Source of the DNA: Octopus bimaculoides
Lineage: Eukaryota
Direction: 5' to 3'
Assembly (NCBI RefSeq): GCF_001194135.2
Contig: NC_068981.1
Span: forward strand, 140,881,915 to 140,942,341
DNA length: 60,427 bases
Shown: positions 54,901-60,427 of the stretch, one piece after another
How the letters are laid out: each line of letters begins with the position of its first letter
Numbering within the stretch: position 1 is the stretch's first letter
The notes under the pieces: generated by a model
The model's database searches: none
Told to the model about the DNA's origin: nothing
What the model saw: only the letters and a program-made list of their open reading frames with translations
Made by a program: the position numbers and the translations under genes

Positions 54901-56130
54901 TACTATAAATGCCCATATAAGGTCAAATAAATTTAATCAACCCTCTTTTGATATAAGTGTACCTCCTGGCATCTTCCAACTAATTATGGACATTACGCTC
55001 GCAGATTCAGATTTCGCTCTAGCTTAACTTGACGACATTCGCACAAAAAGTGAATCTTGAGGTAGGTATGATGCGCATGTTAAAAATGTTTTCGAACGAA
55101 TAAGAGAGCATGGATTTAAGCTCAGCGAGGAAAAGTGTGAATTTTTAATACCAAGATTAAAATATCTAGGGCAGATTATTGATGAAAATGGACGCAGACC
55201 AGATCAGGCTAGGGCGAGAGCAATAAAAAAAATATGCCTCGCCAACAAACATTACAACGTTACAAGCATTTCTGGGGCTTCCAAATAAATTACTACCAGG
55301 TAAACATTCCGAATATGCACGATTTCAGAGCACCCCTGAATAACTTGTTGAACAAGGCTTTAAGAGGAACTGGTCTGGCAAATACCAAAAAGCTTTTAAA
55401 GAAATTTAAAATGCCATAACGTTGGAATTCTTGTTATCATATTTTGACCGGAATTTAGAAATAGTTGTGGCAATACATGCTAGTGAAAGTGGTATCGGAG
55501 CCGTGATTTTACTCAAGTATGAAGACGGTAGCCTGAAAGCAGTAGCTCACGCTTCGCCTTCTTTATTGTGAGCTAAGAAAAGCTACAGTTAAATAGAAAA
55601 TGAGGCATTAGCCCTCATATTTGCTGTAAGAAAATTCCACAAATATACAGAGCACTTCTCGTTATTGTCGATCTATGGCACAAAAAAGGGTATCCCCACT
55701 CATACAGCCAACATGTCGCAGCGCCGGGTAATGATCCTGTTGAATTACGAATTGAAAATGGAGTATTTTCCATCGAAATGTTCGAGACAGGCAGATGGTT
55801 TGTCAAGGCTACTACCAAAATACAATGAACATTAGAAGACGCAGTGATAGCGGCGTTAAAACCCGAAAATTAAATTAAAAATATACCGTGCAAAGTTGTG
55901 CGCAAATTGCCTGTGGTATTGGAGAAAATAAAATCTAAAGCAGAGACGGACGAATCTATGACAAAAATGAAATCAAATACCCATGGAAGTGTTCTATGAT
56001 ACTTTTGATGTTCCAACGGCACAAGAAATCGAACCTAGTCGTAGCAGCACAAGAAACAGGAAACAAACAGTACGGTTCGAAGCAGTGTCTCAACGGGAGA
56101 AATATTAAACTTCCAACGGAAGTCAATCTC
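54900..56130 (+). mobile_element. Ty3/Gypsy pol relic (RT and RNase H; integrase deleted)
   Basis: PPGIFQLIMD, *LDDI, KLSEEKCEF..LKYLGQII, ASESGIGAVI, YS*IENEALALIFAVRKFHKY and ADGLSRL, then a jump to the pol C-terminus RSSTRNRKQTVRF. Confidence 0.92.
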
Positions 56131-56435
56131 AAAGAGGGAAATATTGTGGCGAGAGTCATTGACACCCGAAGGGGATTGGAAGACTAGACCAGCCGAAATC
56201 TTGTAATGAGTAGAGTTCGGTAAGAGTCGAGAAAGCGTTTTGCTAGTATCGCTTCGTACGGCGTGTGAACACATTGATTAACCTCCGCTGCGTAATTTAT
56301 GTATCCAATATGTGTCAAGGGCATAAAGAATAAATTAGCCCAGTTCTTGTTTTTAAGCCTAGTGCTAATTCTATCGGTTACTTTTACGTGGTCATAAACA
56401 AATCCACGCTGCTTGCTAAGCGACTGCAATGCACA
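56131..56435 (+). mobile_element. Polypurine tract and probable 3' LTR of the Gypsy relic
   Basis: AAAGAGGGAAA (56131-56141), then TGT at 56145 and an internal AATAAA. The 3' boundary is uncertain and there is no 5' LTR to compare. Confidence 0.55.
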
Positions 56436-56559
56436 AACTGAAACATATATATATACATTTATACAGATTTACATACACTGAGCCACACCCATGTACTTCT
56501 ATTTTGTGCTTGAATTTCCATTTCCGTTGACCAAATGCACTCACAAGGCGTCTACAATA

Positions 56560-56650
56560 TATGAGGCTGCAGACCAAGTCTATTCTTACAAAATGTCCTA
56601 AGGTGTCATTCAGTGAGACTGAACTTGGAACCACGTAATTGGGAAGCAAA
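56560..56650 (-). mobile_element. SINE family 2 head fragment
   Basis: TCCTAAGGTGTCATTCAGTGAGACTGAACTTGGAACCACGT. Confidence 0.7.
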
Positions 56651-57899
56651 CTTCTTACAATGGTTGTACCCTAAATATCCTTCTGTTATTCAGACTTTCT
56701 AATAGACCGATCTACAAGGAAATATTAAAATATTGAATTTAGACACAATGCACCCCAGCCGAATGAAATACTGGCATAATATAGTAGAGAACACAATCGT
56801 GAATTTAATAAATCGAAAACTAAAATCCACCACACCAACACATAAACGGATATTAAATATATATTAGAAAAATAATATCAAAATACTACTTCTTATCAAC
56901 GCACAACCTGAAGGTGAATTCGAGTACGAGCTCTAAATGTACTTTCGCTTTGTATTTAACTTTCCATATGCCGTTCGGTTTACATACCGTTTTATCTTTC
57001 AGTGTCTGTTGTCTCAACATTGTGCTTCAATCGCAACAGCTCGTGTATACGCCAGCAGATCAGAGTGCTGACGATCAGAAACCAAAACGTTATTTTAAGA
57101 AAATGTCAAAACCGTGATAATATTTAGGTCGACAAAATCATTGACAATTGGGCTTTCATTTGCCGTTCAATCTTGAGTCTTTTTTCTTCCATTCTTGTCA
57201 CAAATTTCTTTCACNNNNNNNNNNNNNNNNNNNNNNNNNNNNNNNNNNNNNNNNNNNNNNNNNNNNNNNNNNNNNNNNNNNNNNNNNNNNNNNNNNNNNN
57301 NNNNNNNNNNNNNNNNNNNNNNNNNNNNNNNNNNNNNNNNNNNNNNNNNNNNNNNNNNNNNNNNNNNNNNNNNNNNNNNNNNNNNNNNNNNNNNNNNNNN
57401 NNNNNNNNNNNNNNNNNNNNNNNNNNNNNNNNNNNNNNNNNNNNNNNNNNNNNNNNNNNNNNNNNNNNNNNNNNNNNNNNNNNNNNNNNNNNNNNNNNNN
57501 NNNNNNNNNNNNNNNNNNNNNNNNNNNNNNNNNNNNNNNNNNNNNNNNNNNNNNNNNNNNNNNNNNNNNNNNNNNNNNNNNNNNNNNNNNNNNNNNNNNN
57601 NNNNNNNNNNNNNNNNNNNNNNNNNNNNNNNNNNNNNNNNNNNNNNNNNNNNNNNNNNNNNNNNNNNNNNNNNNNNNNNNNNNNNNNNNNNNNNNNNNNN
57701 NNNNNNNNNNNNNNNNNNNNNNNNNNNNNNNNNNNNNNNNNNNNNNNNNNNNNNNNNNNNNNNNNNNNNNNNNNNNNNNNNNNNNNNNNNNNNNNNNNNN
57801 NNNNNNNNNNNNNNNNNNNNNNNNNNNNNNNNNNNNNNNNNNNNNNNNNNNNNNNNNNNNNNNNNNNNNNNNNNNATATATATATGTATACGAGAAGGT

Positions 57900-58130
57900 A
57901 CGGAAAATTTTCTGGTTTTAAGTGTATTAAGAAACGCATTGATAGAAATTGTGGAACTGTTGCTGCAATAAGTGTGTGAATCTAACCTGTCTCGTCTCAG
58001 CAGGATGGGGTTCGGCCCCATTATGCATTTCCAGCGAAATTACAATGATGCAGCAATATAAAAAAAATTACCCCGAAAGATCATGCCAGTTCCCTGAGCA
58101 GTGTCATCTTTTGGACTTTATCTAGTGCAC
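57900..58130 (+). mobile_element. Possible Tc1/mariner remnant
   Basis: QQDGVRPHY resembles QQDGAPPH; there is little other support. Confidence 0.35.
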
Positions 58131-58519
58131 ATGTTACAAATTATTACACAATATGTGTATGCGTTAAAGAGCTACGAGAGAAAAGTGGATAAATACGTTT
58201 AATCCATAAATCAAGGCCAGAATTGAACCCTATCGCCTGTACACAGTCAGAAATATGCTTCCTGATGAAAATCGTAGATCAAAACATCGAAACATAGTAA
58301 ACAGTTATATATTGAAAGCATGTTTTCTCTTTGAAACATGGCACTAAGTGTGAGAAATATATTATAATCTTATTCACCACTCCTCACAAATATCAGAAAA
58401 AAGTTACTCTGTTTATGTAAACTCTGCTTAGTGTATTTCCAATAGCTTCTACATTTCATATTCCGTATATTGTGTAGACGGGAAAATTAATTGAAACAAA
58501 TTTTAAGAGCTGCTTTGCT

Positions 58520-58530
58520 TTTATCAATTA

Positions 58531-58580
<50 letters not shown>

Positions 58581-58612
58581 ATTATTATAAATATTATTAT
58601 TATTATTATTAT
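58520..58612. repeat. (ATT)n microsatellite
   Basis: Directly visible. Confidence 0.95.
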
Positions 58613-58979
58613 TTTTACATGTGTTTATAAATACGATATCAAAGTAGTAGGAGATAATTCTTAGATAGCTAAATGTTTCCGAAATATGTTATAAATTACA
58701 TAGAAAATATTTTACTTGCTGAGCAAGCATTAATCTTTGATAAAATCGGAATTTTACTAAATGTACTTTTTTCTTTTGGAAGTAGATGTTTATGTTAACA
58801 ATTTGTTGCTGGTGGGAAAAAGTAATGAAGATTTTAACTTGTTTACGTTAGCTGATACTTTTTATAAAACGGTCTCTGCATACGAGCGTTTATACAGATC
58901 AAGCAGAGACGCAGCAGAAATACGTTTATCTAATTTTATCGTCTCACAACTTAATCTCTGTTTCCCTACCTATTGCATA

Positions 58980-59190
58980 TATGTGTATTGGTATACATAT
59001 ATACATATATACATACATACATATACATATATTCATATACATATATATTCATACATACATATATACATATATATATACATACATATATACATACATATAT
59101 ACATACATACATATATACATACATACATACATATATACATACATATATACATACATATATACGTACATATATACATACATATATACGTAC
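58980..59190. repeat. (ATAC)n/(AT)n array
   Basis: Directly visible; it explains the 196-271 aa ORFs at 58761-59659. Confidence 0.95.
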
Positions 59191-59199
59191 ATCTTCTCC

Positions 59200-59760
59200 T
59201 CTACCTGTCACTACTATCTCTCTCTCTCTCTATCTCTTGTTACTCGTCCTTCGCCTCTCACCGTTACTACTACTATCTCCCTCTCTCTCTACCTCTCGTT
59301 GCTCACTTTTATTCTACTTCCTCCCCTTCTTTTCCCTCTGCTACTCTTTCTCTTTACACAACCATGGTCACGTGTGTCCGGCTGCTATTTCTTTTCGTTC
59401 TTGGACTCCCCAAGCTCGCACGTACTTCTTTGCCCCTCCTGTCCGTGCTTCACAGCGTTCAATACATACACACTTCACGCATGGCTGTACAGCCTTTTTG
59501 CTTGTTTGTTTATTTCACCGTTTCGTTTTCCTATCTTGTTTTCCGTCCGCCACTACCCTCCACGAAAATAATTTAATTTGTGTTCATGGGAAGAACCATT
59601 TCAACGATGCGTACTGCCTTAATTCTTCGAAACGCCGGTGTTTTAATGGTGGCAGCTGATGAAGGAGATGTTTCTATGTGGCTTGCTTGTTTGGTGTACC
59701 TTGTTTATCATTTTGTCCATGTTCTTTTGCCGCGTAATGTACCTAGTTATGTATCTATAT
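59200..59760 (+). mobile_element. Pyrimidine-rich repeat with hammerhead-like motifs, possibly a Penelope-like terminal region
   Basis: GAAGAA...TTCTTC-GAAA-CGCCGGTG-TT (59590-59642), followed by CTGATGA at 59656. Confidence 0.4.
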
Positions 59761-59924
59761 GTACATGTAGATGAAGGTATGTACATACATGTACATATAT
59801 ATGCATATACTCATATATTGTTTAAATATATATATATATATAAAGCATAAACACATTTATACAAGCATGTACATGCGTAGGTCTGAGTACATGTGTGTAT
59901 GTCGGCGTGTATCATTTATATTTT

Positions 59925-60110
59925 CCTCGTTTCAGTCATTAGACTATAGCCACGCTGGGGCAACGCTTCAAATGGGTTTCTTTGGGGACAGATATATACC
60001 AGTACACATTTTATATTTTAAGTCAAGTCCTTTTTCTATCGTTTTGTTTTTGGTAGACCGTCAGTCACCGGTACCTAAACAAAGCGATACCGTTGTTCAC
60101 ACACATATGC
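59925..60110 (-). mobile_element. SINE family 2, 3' half, degraded
   Basis: GTTTCAGTCATTAGACTATAGCCACGCTGGGGCAACGC is the reverse complement of the shared tail. Confidence 0.75.
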
Positions 60111-60279
60111 ATGCAAATACACACACACACACGCACACACACATGTATATATATATTTATGTGTGTGTGTGTGTGTTTGTGTATATAGCAACCAAAGCAC
60201 TTACCCGGTACGTGTAAATTATCAGTGTTTTTTCTATAACTATACTTTATTAAAATCCTGTAACAAATACATGATAAAA

Positions 60280-60396
60280 AACACACACAGGCGCACACAC
60301 ACAGGCGCACACACACAGGCGCACACACACCCATGCACACATACACACACATATATATATATATATCTATCTTTATATATATATATATATATATAT

Positions 60397-60427
<31 letters not shown>
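60280..60427. repeat. ACACACACAGGCGC x3 followed by (AC)n/(AT)n
   Basis: Directly visible. Confidence 0.9.

Noticed and set aside
58262-58299. CTGATGA...GAAAC-ATA-GTA hammerhead-like string
   Set aside because: Stem II needs an 8-nt insertion and stem I cannot form.
58761-58970. VYVNNLLLVG, resembling the RT motif YVDDLL
   Set aside because: Both catalytic aspartates are absent and no other RT motifs are present. The long ORF is extended by microsatellite.

Overview
AT-rich, microsatellite-saturated eukaryotic DNA with 13 N-gaps. It is most likely from an octopus, inferred from SINE families I recognise from Octopus sequence and not confirmed by any search. I found no intact protein-coding gene, rRNA, true tRNA, CRISPR array or prokaryotic system, and almost all long ORFs in the track are microsatellite or N-gap artefacts. 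The window is mainly decayed mobile DNA: R4/Dong-like REL retrotransposon pieces clustered in (AAT)n arrays, two CR1-like LINE pieces, Penelope-like pieces, one Ty3/Gypsy relic, several Tc1/mariner lineages, two MITEs and about 20 tRNA-derived SINE copies. One plausible host exon encodes a transmembrane segment (13702-13827). The most interesting signals are: a complete but mutated type I hammerhead ribozyme fold inside a 389-bp direct-repeat unit, a microsatellite-targeted retroelement cluster, a 3' tail shared by a LINE and a SINE family, and a fold-back made of two inverted transposase ends. Each fits a known class of element, so I cannot claim a wholly new system. All alignments were done by eye and TE boundaries are approximate.
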